Below are positions 49,942 through 59,915 of a stretch of DNA of 64,000 bases, in pieces. The DNA comes from an uncultured delta proteobacterium. Its GTDB lineage: Bacteria > Desulfobacterota > Binatia > JACPRU01. The notes beneath the pieces were generated by a model. The model was given only the letters and a program-made list of their open reading frames with translations, had not been told where the DNA came from and did no database searches. The first letter of the stretch is position 1; each line of letters opens with the position of its first letter. The stretch is taken from assembly GCA_963745025.1 (NCBI GenBank), contig CAVUWD010000011.1, positions 448,001 to 512,000 on the forward strand, written 5' to 3'. Made by a program: the position numbers and the translations under genes.

Positions 49942-52430
49942 TGCCCCTCCAGCGCCTGCCGAAATCCGGGACGGAGCAGATCGATTCCGCCCCGCTCGAG
50001 GATCTCGGCGTACAGTCTATCCGCGATCATGCGATGCCCCTCGGCGTTCGGGTGGAAGTCCCAATCTGTGAGCCTCAAGCCCGCGAGGTCTCGTCCGTCG
50101 AACAGCCCTTCGAGGTTCATCGCGACGAAGCCGGGCGGCGGATGCGGAGCCGGCATGGATGCCGTTCGCGGATCCAGCGACGGCAACCATGCCCACAACG
50201 GCAGCACACCCCGTTCCGCACACTGCTTGGCGATCGTATCGTCGACCCATGAGAGCAAGGTTTGCGCGCGCGGTCGAAGCCGTCGCAGCATCTCCGCCTC
50301 CGACATCCCCTTGCGAACGCCCGCCTGCTGCAGAAGTTCGCGTACGAACGGGTACGGCGGCCAACTGTCGCGCTCGGTCGCGAGCCGCAAGTCGTGAATC
50401 TCCATCAGGAGGTCGCCGGCCTGGGCGACGTGCAGAACCGCATCCGGTTCGAAGGCGAATGCCTTGAGCTCGAGGCTCATGAGCCTCTGCAGCGGACCGT
50501 AGCCGCCGACCGCGAAGTTGAGGATCTCGTAGCGGAGCCCACTTCGCGCGCCGAGCTCGCGGTTGAGACGTTCCTCGAGTAGCGTCTCGAACGTCTCGTC
50601 GTCCCCGACGCCGCTTCCCATGACGAAGGAGCCGCCGAGCAGCGCGATTCGATACGTCCCTCTTGGCTTGCTGCGGCTGTACTCTCGATCTCGCATCCCC
50701 CAGCCGTTCGTGTGGAGACGAGCACCCTTGAAGACGAGGTTCGCAAATGGGATCAGCTCGTGCCCTCGATAGTCCCTCGTCGGGCCCCATAGCGGGGTCT
50801 TCCCCCAACCAGGAGACCGTTTGAGCGTGAGCTCCCAGAGCTGCGAGTTGAAGCGGTCCGCGTTCATCAAGTCCTCGTAATAGCCTCGTTGCAGCCTGGC
50901 GAGGTCGACCCGGTTCAGCGATACGGAGCGCAGCGGCGCCATCGCTTCATCGAGCGGCGGAGCGAAGGCTCGGCACACTTCGGGTGATCCGGCCAGAGCC
51001 AGCACCAGCAGCGTGACCGAGGTGACGCCCGCGGCGTTCCAGAAGGAAGACGCCCCCTGCAAATGCCGATCCGAGGCCACCGCGCTGCGCGCCGCCGTCG
51101 CTTCCGGGATTGTGCTCGCGACAGCCAACAGGGCGGTGCCGATCACCACGCCGACCGGCCCCATCAGCCGAGAAGCCGTCTCCCCCGCCCAGCCGTTACC
51201 CAGCACGGACCAAACCGCAATCCATTCCTCGAGGGAATCGCTCGTCCAGAGCGACCAAAGGATGGAGATGCCGACGAACGTGGCGGCGACCCTCGCCGCG
51301 CGCACCGCGAGGAGCCTCGGCCGGCTGATGATGACGGCGTCGCCCCTCGGCTCCTTGCGACGAAACTCTGCAAGCGTCGCAGCCGTCATCAGGATGGCGA
51401 GAATCGTCCAGAAGACCCCGTCCTGCCAACGCAGCGGGAACGATCCCTCGATCCAGAACCATTGGCAGGCATGCAGAAACCAAGTCATCACCACTACGTA
51501 GACCGTCGACAGCACGAGCGCCGCGGCCGCGCCGCGACGGCGAAGCCGAAAGTAGGCGGGGTAGAAGAAGAGCTTCAGCATGAAGTCCTTCCAGTAAATG
51601 TTGATCCGCCGCCAGAAGTCGCCGACGCCTGTCGAGAGAAAGTAGCGGTGGTGGGTCTCGGGAAGTGCGAAGCCGAAAAGATGCAGCATCCCGACGACCA
51701 CGTGAAAGATGCCCGAGACCCGCATGTAGAGGGCGAAGCTCGTCACCACGAAGCGCGCGAGGTCCCAAACGGACGTGACCTCCGAGGGGGGGATCGTCGC
51801 GTAGAGATAAACCGCCCGGTAGAGCACGAGGTGTACGATTCCCCGGCTGATCCATTGGAGGCCGACCTGCGCGTTCCAATCCGGGTCGTCCTGAAGATGT
51901 GTACGCCGGAAGGTCTTGAAATCGACCACCGGGAAGAGCGCGAAGCAGACGTTCGGCAACAGAAAGAAGTACCCGAGCGCGTAGCCGGGCGACCACGCGA
52001 AGCGTTCGTGGCGGAGGTCGTAGAAGTAGATCAGGGTGCGAAAGACGAACATCGATCCGAGGACCGGGAGGACGGCGGCCTCGAAGGGTAGCGGCAGCCA
52101 CTCGAGTCGAAGTGCCGCGAGAGCTCCACAGGCGACGACCAATAACGCTCCACGGATCCGGAAGGACAGAGGGAGATGACAAATTGCGAGAACCGCCAAA
52201 CCGATTGCCACGACCCACGTGCCGGCCCAAGCGCCCAGCACGAGGTAGATCGCGCAAATCGACAGAGTGACGAAAAAGCCGAGTCGAAGCCGAGCCGGTA
52301 GAACGGCGTGCACCGCCGCGCCCGCCAGCGCGGCCATGGACGTGCGGACGAACGCCGTCCCGCCGATCTCGAACTGGCGGATGACGAGCGCCGCGACCCC
52401 GAGCTCGACGCAAAGCGCGAGCCGCTTCAC
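49938..52430 (-). CDS. MBOAT O-acyltransferase fused to SGNH-family extracytoplasmic domain (start uncertain)
   Basis: Many TM helices, DFWRRINIYWKDF, TWFLH; C-terminal IALLGGSF, NFAVGGYG, DFHPNAEGH; ATGA coupled to the carrier gene. Confidence 0.83.
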   Translation of the reverse strand: MKRLALCVELGVAALVIRQFEIGGTAFVRTSMAALAGAAVHAVLPARLRLGFFVTLSICAIYLVLGAWAGTWVVAIGLAVLAICHLPLSFRIRGALLVVACGALAALRLEWLPLPFEAAVLPVLGSMFVFRTLIYFYDLRHERFAWSPGYALGYFFLLPNVCFALFPVVDFKTFRRTHLQDDPDWNAQVGLQWISRGIVHLVLYRAVYLYATIPPSEVTSVWDLARFVVTSFALYMRVSGIFHVVVGMLHLFGFALPETHHRYFLSTGVGDFWRRINIYWKDFMLKLFFYPAYFRLRRRGAAAALVLSTVYVVVMTWFLHACQWFWIEGSFPLRWQDGVFWTILAILMTAATLAEFRRKEPRGDAVIISRPRLLAVRAARVAATFVGISILWSLWTSDSLEEWIAVWSVLGNGWAGETASRLMGPVGVVIGTALLAVASTIPEATAARSAVASDRHLQGASSFWNAAGVTSVTLLVLALAGSPEVCRAFAPPLDEAMAPLRSVSLNRVDLARLQRGYYEDLMNADRFNSQLWELTLKRSPGWGKTPLWGPTRDYRGHELIPFANLVFKGARLHTNGWGMRDREYSRSKPRGTYRIALLGGSFVMGSGVGDDETFETLLEERLNRELGARSGLRYEILNFAVGGYGPLQRLMSLELKAFAFEPDAVLHVAQAGDLLMEIHDLRLATERDSWPPYPFVRELLQQAGVRKGMSEAEMLRRLRPRAQTLLSWVDDTIAKQCAERGVLPLWAWLPSLDPRTASMPAPHPPPGFVAMNLEGLFDGRDLAGLRLTDWDFHPNAEGHRMIADRLYAEILERGGIDLLRPGFRQALEGQ

Positions 52431-52772
52431 GCTAGGCGAGACGGCGATGTCCCATTGCAGTCCTGCCGACCGCGCCGACTGCAGAGTGAGGGTCGGCCAT
52501 GTCGATGTGCCTCTAATTCGTAGTTCGTCCGGCACGCGATATACGACTCGACACAAGCGCCCGTCATCTCACAGGCCGGTGGCCGCGCGGACCTTCTTAT
52601 TCGAACGATAGGCCGCCTGCAAGCAGGGCCGCGGCGCAAAGGTCGCTGCGATCGCGCTGGAGGCCAGTGTTGCTCGACGCGCGCGGCAGGAACGCGATCG
52701 TCGCAGCTGTCAGCTGCTGCTTGCGGGGGACCGGACCATTGCCTATCTAATTCGGGCGGGGAATCGGGATTC

Positions 52773-54488
52773 GTGAGGATCGTCGCGCTACTCACCGTTC
52801 GAAACGAAGAACGCTTCCTCCGCCGATGCCTTGATCATCTGGTCGGCCACGGGGTCGAGGTCTGCGTCGTGGATAACGACTCGACGGACGGCACCCCGGC
52901 AATCGCCAGGACCTTTCTCGGCCGCGGCGTCTTCCGCATCGAGCGGGCTCCGTACCGCGGTATGTTCGCATTGCACGAGCAACTTCGCGACAAGGAACGA
53001 CTCGCGGCGGAGATCGACGCCGACTGGTTCCTGCACCACGATGCGGACGAGATCCGCGAGGCGCCTCCGCCCTATTCCACGCTGCGCCAGGGGATCGAGG
53101 CCGCGGATCGCTTCGGGTCCAACGCGATCAATTTCGATGAGTTCGTGTTCCTGCCGGCGAGCGAGGACGAATCATTCGAGGGGGCGGATTACGTAGCAGC
53201 GATGCAGCACTACTATTTCTTCGAACCCCGTCCGCTGGCGCGAGTGAACGCTTGGAAGAAGCTCCCCGGCGTCGCCGTTCGCTTGGCGGAATCCGGCGGT
53301 CATTCGGCGGATTTCCCGGGCCGACGAATCTTCCCCGTTTCCTTCGTGCTTCGTCACTACGTCACGCTCAGCCGCGCACACGCGATCGCGAAGTACGCAG
53401 GGCGCGTCTATTCCCGGACGGAAGTCGCGGACAAGGGATGGCACCGGGCGCGAGCGAGCTTTGCTCCCGAACGGCTCCGTTTTCCGCCTCGCGAGCGCCT
53501 GAAGCGGATCGGTCCGCCGGGGGTCTGGGATCGTTCGGACCCGTGGCGTCGGCATGAATTCCTCGGAGAAGAGTCGCCGCGGCCGGCCGCGGCGGCAAAA
53601 TCGCAGAGGCCCGGCGCATCGGCCGATTTTCCCCCAGCCGTGTACATCGTCGGTGTGCCTCGGTCGGGAACGACGCTCTTGCGCTTGATGCTGGACGCGC
53701 ACCCCGAGGTTTCGATTCCACCCGAGACGCATTTCGTTCCAGCGGTGCTGGCGCTGCGAAGCGACGGTGACGACCTTCGTCGCGAGATCCTCGCTGTTGT
53801 GACGGGGGCCGACTCGTGGCCCGATTTCCACGTCCCCGCGGAAGCTTTCCGGCAGGCCGTCGCGGACATTCGGCCGTTCGATCGAGCGGCTGCACTCCGT
53901 TGCTTCTATCGACTCTATGGCGGCCGTTTCGGCAAGGCTCGCTGGGGCGATAAGACGCCGGGCTACACGAATCACCTGCGCGCCATCCAGGAACTGTTGC
54001 CTGAAGCGCGATTCGTTCACGTCATCCGCGACGGTCGTGACGTGGCGCTCTCGTCCCGCGACCTACGGTTCGGACCGGGCGCAGATCTCGAAGCTCAAGC
54101 CAGCAATTGGCTCTGGCGGATCCGTGAAGCGCGACAGCAAGGACAAGGATGCAATCACTACCTCGAAGTGCGTTACGAGGACCTCGTCGTCGACACGCGA
54201 GTGGTGCTCGAACGAGTCTGTCGTTTTCTAGAGCTTCCTTACGATCCCATCATGGAGGCTTACCACCACACAGCCGCGGCGCGCTTGAACGAGCTTGGCG
54301 ACCGTCGATACCCGAACGGATCGATCATGGTATCCGCAGAACGCCGTCGGTCATTTTTCGCATGGACGCTCCGTCCTCCGGACGTGTCGCGGATCGAGCG
54401 CTGGCGAACGGAGATGCCTACCGACGAGAAGCGCTGCTTCGAGGTCATCGCCCGCGACATGCTACTCGATCTAGGTTACGCATGCTGA
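52773..54488 (+). CDS. GT2-like glycosyltransferase fused to sulfotransferase
   Basis: VRNEE, VDNDSTDGT, HDADE; then IVGVPRSGTTLL, WGDKTP, IRDGRDVALS, RYEDLV. Confidence 0.85.
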   Translation: MRIVALLTVRNEERFLRRCLDHLVGHGVEVCVVDNDSTDGTPAIARTFLGRGVFRIERAPYRGMFALHEQLRDKERLAAEIDADWFLHHDADEIREAPPPYSTLRQGIEAADRFGSNAINFDEFVFLPASEDESFEGADYVAAMQHYYFFEPRPLARVNAWKKLPGVAVRLAESGGHSADFPGRRIFPVSFVLRHYVTLSRAHAIAKYAGRVYSRTEVADKGWHRARASFAPERLRFPPRERLKRIGPPGVWDRSDPWRRHEFLGEESPRPAAAAKSQRPGASADFPPAVYIVGVPRSGTTLLRLMLDAHPEVSIPPETHFVPAVLALRSDGDDLRREILAVVTGADSWPDFHVPAEAFRQAVADIRPFDRAAALRCFYRLYGGRFGKARWGDKTPGYTNHLRAIQELLPEARFVHVIRDGRDVALSSRDLRFGPGADLEAQASNWLWRIREARQQGQGCNHYLEVRYEDLVVDTRVVLERVCRFLELPYDPIMEAYHHTAAARLNELGDRRYPNGSIMVSAERRRSFFAWTLRPPDVSRIERWRTEMPTDEKRCFEVIARDMLLDLGYAC

Positions 54489-54574
54489 ACGACCCGATCA
54501 TCATCGGCGGCTGCGATCGCTCGGGAACGAGCCTGCTGCGACGCATGCTGCACGGACATTCGCGGATCCACTGA
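54482..54574 (+). pseudogene. Truncated sulfotransferase N-terminus
   Basis: MLNDPIIIGGCDRSGTSLLRRMLHGHSRIH then stop, abutting a convergent gene. Confidence 0.7.
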
Positions 54575-54578
54575 CGCC

Positions 54579-55484
54579 TCAATCGCAGCGCGTTTCGAAG
54601 CCTAGGCCTTTCACGTACGCGACGTCCTCGACGTCGAAAACGTCCAGCCCGAATTTCCTGAAGCGTCCTTTGGAGCTTGGTGCGTGCACCACATTCTCCA
54701 GAGCCCGCTGGTCGTCGGCCCGCTCGCCGAGGAACCGGAGGAGCCTGTCGAGACCTTCGTGCGGCGACGAACAGAGACGGTCGTAGTCGAGCAGCAAAAA
54801 CCGCCCCGGCATCGTTTCCCCGACTGCCAGGACGCGTCGATGGACGGCGCACCAATACTTCAAAGACCACCGCGGGCTCACGCTGTAGTCATGCGTCCCC
54901 AAGAATGAGGGACCCCAGAAGAGGAGCTGGCTCTGGTTCGAGCTGTGCGCCATGTCTAGGCCGTTTCTCATCACGTGGACGTATTTCATCTCCGGAAACG
55001 CAACCACGAGCCGATCGAGGAAGACGTGCGTGTTCGGCTCCTTCCATCCCCAGCGCCGAGGGGACCGGCCGGTTCTTCGCAGCGAAGCGAAATGCTTCGC
55101 GAGCCACTGCCGCCAACGTGGCGCGCGCCCCGCGGCGCGCACCAGCGAGTCCACGCGCGCGCGGAGCCACGCGGCGTCGTGCTGTGGCCGATCCTGTGCC
55201 GCGAGGCCATGCACCCACGCCACCTGGGCATCCGTGAGAGGCAGGCCATCCGCCATCACGCTCCGGAAGATGTCGACAGCTCGATCGAAGCTCTGCGAGC
55301 TCCGGTCAGCCCTCCCTAGCTCGGCCCGTTTGAAGAGCAGCGTGAACCAAAGATTGTCCGTGGCCTCATTCAAATCTCCGCCGAGGTAGTAACCGAGCCG
55401 TCGGAGAAGCTCCGCGACCAAGCGCGTGCCGCTCCCTCCCACGCCGCCGACAGCCACGGGCGGAACCGAGACGCGACTCCACAT
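54579..55484 (-). CDS. Sulfotransferase family protein
   Basis: GGVGGSGTRL, WGWKEP, HVMRNGLD, YDRLC. Confidence 0.8.
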   Translation of the reverse strand: MWSRVSVPPVAVGGVGGSGTRLVAELLRRLGYYLGGDLNEATDNLWFTLLFKRAELGRADRSSQSFDRAVDIFRSVMADGLPLTDAQVAWVHGLAAQDRPQHDAAWLRARVDSLVRAAGRAPRWRQWLAKHFASLRRTGRSPRRWGWKEPNTHVFLDRLVVAFPEMKYVHVMRNGLDMAHSSNQSQLLFWGPSFLGTHDYSVSPRWSLKYWCAVHRRVLAVGETMPGRFLLLDYDRLCSSPHEGLDRLLRFLGERADDQRALENVVHAPSSKGRFRKFGLDVFDVEDVAYVKGLGFETRCD

Positions 55485-55723
55485 CCTGCCTCCCTCCCGC
55501 TGGACTGGCGGATCCGTTTTCACGACTGGCGAACCAGTCGCCGCAGGACTTCTTGACGCAGCGTTCGCCCGGCCGCTACACCGTTCTTTGCACTCATTCA
55601 ATCAGGATCACGGACGCCGAGGAGGGCGTGACGGATGCTCCACACCATGCTTCGGCTCGGCGATCGTTTGGACGCCATCGTCGGAATCCCGCCCGGGCTC
55701 CGCTCCTTGGAAGGATCCGGGTC

Positions 55724-56422
55724 ATGAGGGTCGCGGTCGTCACTCCTTATTACAAGGAATCGCTCGAGGTCCTGCGCAACTGCCACGAGAGCGTGACGCG
55801 CCAAAGGCATCCCTGTCTTCACGTGATGGTCAGCGACGGGAATCCGCGGCCGGAGCTCGCGAGCTGGCCAATCGATCACGTCACATTGCCCCGGCTCCAC
55901 GCCGACGTCGGCTCGACGCCGCGACTGATCGGCTCGTATCACGCGATCGGCCTCGGCTTCGATGCGGTCGCGTTTCTCGATGCGGACAATTGGTATCGAG
56001 AAGACCACATCGAGAGTCTGGTACGCTTGCATCAGACGACGCGCGCCGGCCTGGTCTCGTCTTCGCGTATGTTGTGTCGACTCGACGGGTCGGTGATGGG
56101 GCCGTGCCCGATCAGCGACCCGGACAAGTTCGTCGACACCAGTTGCATGATGGTGACACGCGCTGGTTTTCGCATCCTCGCGCAGTGGGTGCTGATGCCG
56201 CCGTATGCCCACCTCATCGGCGACCGTGTGATGCTCTACTACTTCAAGCAAGCCGGCGTGTGTCACGCGCACTCGGGCGCGCCGAGCGTCTTCTATCGAT
56301 GCGGCAAGGAGGGCCCCTACCGAAAGATGGGAGAGCCGATCCCTGCCGAAGTCAAGCCTCCGCCGGATTACGATTCTTCCTTTCGAAAGTGGATCGAGGA
56401 CGGAAACCCGCCTTTGATCTAG
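55724..56422 (+). CDS. GT2-family glycosyltransferase
   Basis: VAVVTPYY, VSDG, FLDADNW, VDTSC. Confidence 0.82.
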   Translation: MRVAVVTPYYKESLEVLRNCHESVTRQRHPCLHVMVSDGNPRPELASWPIDHVTLPRLHADVGSTPRLIGSYHAIGLGFDAVAFLDADNWYREDHIESLVRLHQTTRAGLVSSSRMLCRLDGSVMGPCPISDPDKFVDTSCMMVTRAGFRILAQWVLMPPYAHLIGDRVMLYYFKQAGVCHAHSGAPSVFYRCGKEGPYRKMGEPIPAEVKPPPDYDSSFRKWIEDGNPPLI

Positions 56423-56435
56423 GCTCGGAGGTCGA

Positions 56436-57173
56436 TCAGCCCTCGGCGAGCATCGAGGCGTACCCCGCCCTCTCGATCAGTTCACGGATCGCGTCGTAAT
56501 TGACGAGAATCTCGGCCAGAGAGAAGGGGTTGGTGCGTGAAAACAGCACCTCGACCTCGCCCGGTTCGATGCCGAGAAATGCGCACACCTTCCGGTAGCC
56601 GATTCGCGGGTCTCTCTCCAGGTCCTCTTCGTAGACCACTTCGCAGTGAGGATGCCGGGCGAGCAATGATCCGAGTCGCGCATACGCGTCGTCGAACTCG
56701 CGGAACCAGGCGAGGAGGGATTGCCTCTTTTCCCCGACGCGGATCGAGTGCGGGTCGAGCACGATGCGGTGGAGCGTCGCGACTGAGCGCCGTCCGACGT
56801 GATATCGTCCGTTCGCTTCCGCGACGCAGTGCGAGACCATTCGGCGCAGATGGTTGCGGCGCTTGAGGATCACGAACCGGTCGAAGCCGCGCTCGAGAAA
56901 CATCGCGAGCATGTCGGTCGGGTTGGTGCCGAAAATGTCGGGGTGCTGCGCGTCGAGGAACTTGACTTCGATCGCTTGCACCGGCTTTTGCTTACGAGCA
57001 GACACTGCCGCGACCGTCTCGCTCATACTGGGAATTTGTTGACCGGCACGCTTCCGTAACAGGAGCGGCCGGAAGATCTCGTTCTCCCACTGGACCGCGG
57101 GATTCTGATTGAGCGTGCTTCCAAGGACCGTGCTCCCGCAACGCCCGATGTGCCAGATGACGACGTCGCCCAT
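56436..57173 (-). CDS. Sulfotransferase (Stf0-like)
   Basis: HIGRCGSTVL, LKRRNHL..VS, YEEDL. Confidence 0.75.
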   Translation of the reverse strand: MGDVVIWHIGRCGSTVLGSTLNQNPAVQWENEIFRPLLLRKRAGQQIPSMSETVAAVSARKQKPVQAIEVKFLDAQHPDIFGTNPTDMLAMFLERGFDRFVILKRRNHLRRMVSHCVAEANGRYHVGRRSVATLHRIVLDPHSIRVGEKRQSLLAWFREFDDAYARLGSLLARHPHCEVVYEEDLERDPRIGYRKVCAFLGIEPGEVEVLFSRTNPFSLAEILVNYDAIRELIERAGYASMLAEG

Positions 57174-57178
57174 GGGGC

Positions 57179-57733
57179 TCAGACCGGCTCGGTCCGGTAC
57201 GAGTGAGGGAAAGCGCTCCCGGGTACCGGCAGCCCGAGGAAGCGGCAGAGCGGCGGGTAGTCGAGCTCGTTCTCCGTGCGGAGCGACAGAAAGTTCGATC
57301 GGCCTCGGAAGAAATCCGCCACGGCCTCGTTGTGTCGTCGATAGACCTCCAGATGTCGCTCTTCGTGCCCGTGAAGCATGGCATGGCCATAGACGATGCG
57401 TCGGGCTTCGGTGGGTCCCGTGCGCTCGGCATGGCGCATCAGGCTCTTCAGCCAGGAGCTCGGTTCTCTCACGGTGAGAATGAACCGCGCGTCGCGATAC
57501 CGCTCGGCGAGCTCCCGGTAGAGGAGCGGCCATGGCCAGTCGCGAAGCGCATCGTAGCTCTCGGCGACGGCGAGGATCGAGGAGCGCTCACCGGCCGCGT
57601 AACGGCCGAGCAATTCGCCGTCGAACCCTTTGCAGCGCAGACCGAGAGCCTCCAGAGCATGGTGCAGCGAGGTGGTGCCGGTCTTGTGGAAGCCGACGCA
57701 AAAGACCTTGGGTGCCGTGGTCACGATCGTCAC
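57179..57733 (-). CDS. Sulfotransferase family protein
   Basis: VGFHKTGTTSL, FILTVRE..WLKS, PLCRFLG, FPH. Confidence 0.8.
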   Translation of the reverse strand: MTIVTTAPKVFCVGFHKTGTTSLHHALEALGLRCKGFDGELLGRYAAGERSSILAVAESYDALRDWPWPLLYRELAERYRDARFILTVREPSSWLKSLMRHAERTGPTEARRIVYGHAMLHGHEERHLEVYRRHNEAVADFFRGRSNFLSLRTENELDYPPLCRFLGLPVPGSAFPHSYRTEPV

Positions 57734-57743
57734 GCTCCGGACC

Positions 57744-58502
57744 TCATTCTCGCGCGCGCCGCATCAATTCGTCGAACACGTCCTGCGTCGCACCATCGAT
57801 CGCAAACTCGGAGTGCGACCGCTTCAAGGAACGAGTGGGAAACGACCGGTCGACCGCCGTGTTGCTGAACGCTTCGATTCGTTCCAGAACGCGAGGCTCG
57901 AAGAGGTCGTCGTAGTGGAGGAAGAGCCATCGTCCGTGCCGGCAGTGCCGTGCGAGGACTCGTTGATACATCAATCGCCAGAGCTCGAAGGCTTGCGAAA
58001 CGCTGATGGCGAAGTCGTGAAGGTAAGTCGCGGTCCGCACTTCGGTGAACATGCTCGCCACCACCTCGCCCGGATGCCGAAAGACGCCGATCATGCGCGC
58101 CTGCGGGGCTTCGCGGCGCCAGTTCTCGAGGGTGTAGCAAAAGCGCGGATCCTTGAAGCAGAAGGGCGACCGGGCGACCTGGGCGCGAATGCGCGCTCGC
58201 TCACGTTCGCCGGCCTCCACCTCGACCTCCATCGGGAGCCGTGCGAGCCATAGCTGACCGCGGCCAGGGGCATCCATTCCATAGGGCAGGCCGTCGTGGA
58301 CGGTCCGTCGGGGCAGGAGCGGGCGAAGAATGTCCTCGTTGATTCCGTTGATCTCCGCGTCTTCGAAGAAGCCAAGCGAGTTGCTGATCCGAGGCTTCAC
58401 CAGACGCTCGCCCATGAACGCCCCGGTGGCGCGAAAGAGGCCCGCAACCATGCTCGTACCGCTTCGGCCGGAGCCCGTGATGAAGAGATCAAACAAGGGC
58501 AT
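57744..58502 (-). CDS. Sulfotransferase family protein
   Basis: ITGSGRSGTSM, GFFED, KDPRF, FRHPGEVVAS, YDDL. Confidence 0.8.
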   Translation of the reverse strand: MPLFDLFITGSGRSGTSMVAGLFRATGAFMGERLVKPRISNSLGFFEDAEINGINEDILRPLLPRRTVHDGLPYGMDAPGRGQLWLARLPMEVEVEAGERERARIRAQVARSPFCFKDPRFCYTLENWRREAPQARMIGVFRHPGEVVASMFTEVRTATYLHDFAISVSQAFELWRLMYQRVLARHCRHGRWLFLHYDDLFEPRVLERIEAFSNTAVDRSFPTRSLKRSHSEFAIDGATQDVFDELMRRARE

Positions 58503-58645
58503 CTCCGCTCCGATCCATTTCGTCCGCTCTTACCCGTGGGGTTCTCTCCGGACAAGCGCCTGACCACCGCGGCTTACGCGCGAACAGAGCGGAGCCCGCG
58601 ACGTCCAGTCGAACGGCGGGATCAATGTCCGCCGTCTCGCACGTC

Positions 58646-59905
58646 TTACCGCGGCGACCTACCCCTCCGGCGACGACGCCCCGGCGGCGCCGCGTACCCG
58701 CGCGAACGCTGCCGGTGCGGACGATCCCTCGCCTCGGTCGAGACGCCCGGCGGAACGTGCTCGTGAACCCCATGGTCGAAGCTCGGCAGGAACACGCGCG
58801 GCAGCGCCGAGCCGATCCTCTTCTCGATTTCCACGAGTTCGTGCTCTTCCTCGGGCGATACGAATGTGATGACCTCTCCGACCGCGCCCGCGCGCGCCGT
58901 GCGTCCCCCGCGATGAACGTAGTCGTCGGCCGAGAAGGGCACGTTCAGATTGACGACGTGCGAGATGCCTTCGACGTCGATGCCGCGCGACGCCACGTCC
59001 GTCGCCACCAGCACGGGCGTCGCGCCGCGGCGGAAGGATTCGAGCGCCGCGATGCGCTCGTCCTGGGAGCGATCGGCGTGGATGCTGGTCGCGCGCACGC
59101 CCGAACGCACGATCTGTCGGGCCACCCGGTCGGCGTCCGACTTGCGCTTGACGAACACCAGCACCGAGCGCATCGCTTCGTGGCGAAGCAGCGTGGTGAG
59201 CAGGGCGAGCTTGCGCGCTTCGGCGACAGGATAGACGCTCTGCACGATGCCCGCCGCGGGCCTCTGGGCGCCGACCACGATCTTCACGGGATCGCGGAGG
59301 ATCGCGCCGGCGAGATCGACGATGGCCGGCGCCATGGTCGCCGAGAACATCATCGTCTGGCGCTCGGAGGGGAGCACGGCGAGGATGCGGCGGATGTCCG
59401 GGAGGAATCCCATGTCGAGCATGCGATCGGCCTCGTCGAGCACGAGCACCTCGAGACCGGCGAGGTCCACGTAGGCGAAGCGCATGTGGTCGAGGAGCCG
59501 GCCGGGCGTCGCGACGACGATCTCCGCCCCGGCTCGAAGCGCCCGCTCCTGCGGTCGCATGTCCATGCCCCCCACCACCGAAACCGCCGTCAGCCCGACG
59601 TGATAGCCGAGCGCGAGCACTTGCTCGTCGATCTGAAGAGCCAGCTCGCGCGTGGGAGCGAGCACCAGCGCGCGACACTTGCCGCGTCCTGCGCGAGAGA
59701 GGCGCTGCAGGATCGGCAGCACGAACGCGGCGGTCTTGCCCGTGCCCGTCGAAGCGCAGCCGATCAAATCGCGGCCGGCGAGCGCGACGGGGATCGACTC
59801 TGCCTGGATCGGCGTCGGCCGCGCATAGCCCATGTCGGCCACCGCGGCTTTCAGCTCCGGCATCAACGCGAACTGGTCGAAGGAGGTCGTCGTCGTGTGA
59901 GGCAT
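58646..59905 (-). CDS. DEAD-box RNA helicase (RhlE-like)
   Basis: PTPIQ, GTGKT, PTRELA, DEAD, SAT, HRGGRTARAG. Confidence 0.93.
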   Translation of the reverse strand: MPHTTTTSFDQFALMPELKAAVADMGYARPTPIQAESIPVALAGRDLIGCASTGTGKTAAFVLPILQRLSRAGRGKCRALVLAPTRELALQIDEQVLALGYHVGLTAVSVVGGMDMRPQERALRAGAEIVVATPGRLLDHMRFAYVDLAGLEVLVLDEADRMLDMGFLPDIRRILAVLPSERQTMMFSATMAPAIVDLAGAILRDPVKIVVGAQRPAAGIVQSVYPVAEARKLALLTTLLRHEAMRSVLVFVKRKSDADRVARQIVRSGVRATSIHADRSQDERIAALESFRRGATPVLVATDVASRGIDVEGISHVVNLNVPFSADDYVHRGGRTARAGAVGEVITFVSPEEEHELVEIEKRIGSALPRVFLPSFDHGVHEHVPPGVSTEARDRPHRQRSRGYAAPPGRRRRRGRSPR

Positions 59906-59915
59906 GCGTCGTGGC

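Noticed and set aside
48072-52430. Ordinary dlt D-alanylation operon
   Set aside because: The proline-type pocket code, coupled prolyl dehydrogenase and adjacent halogenase do not fit D-Ala transfer.
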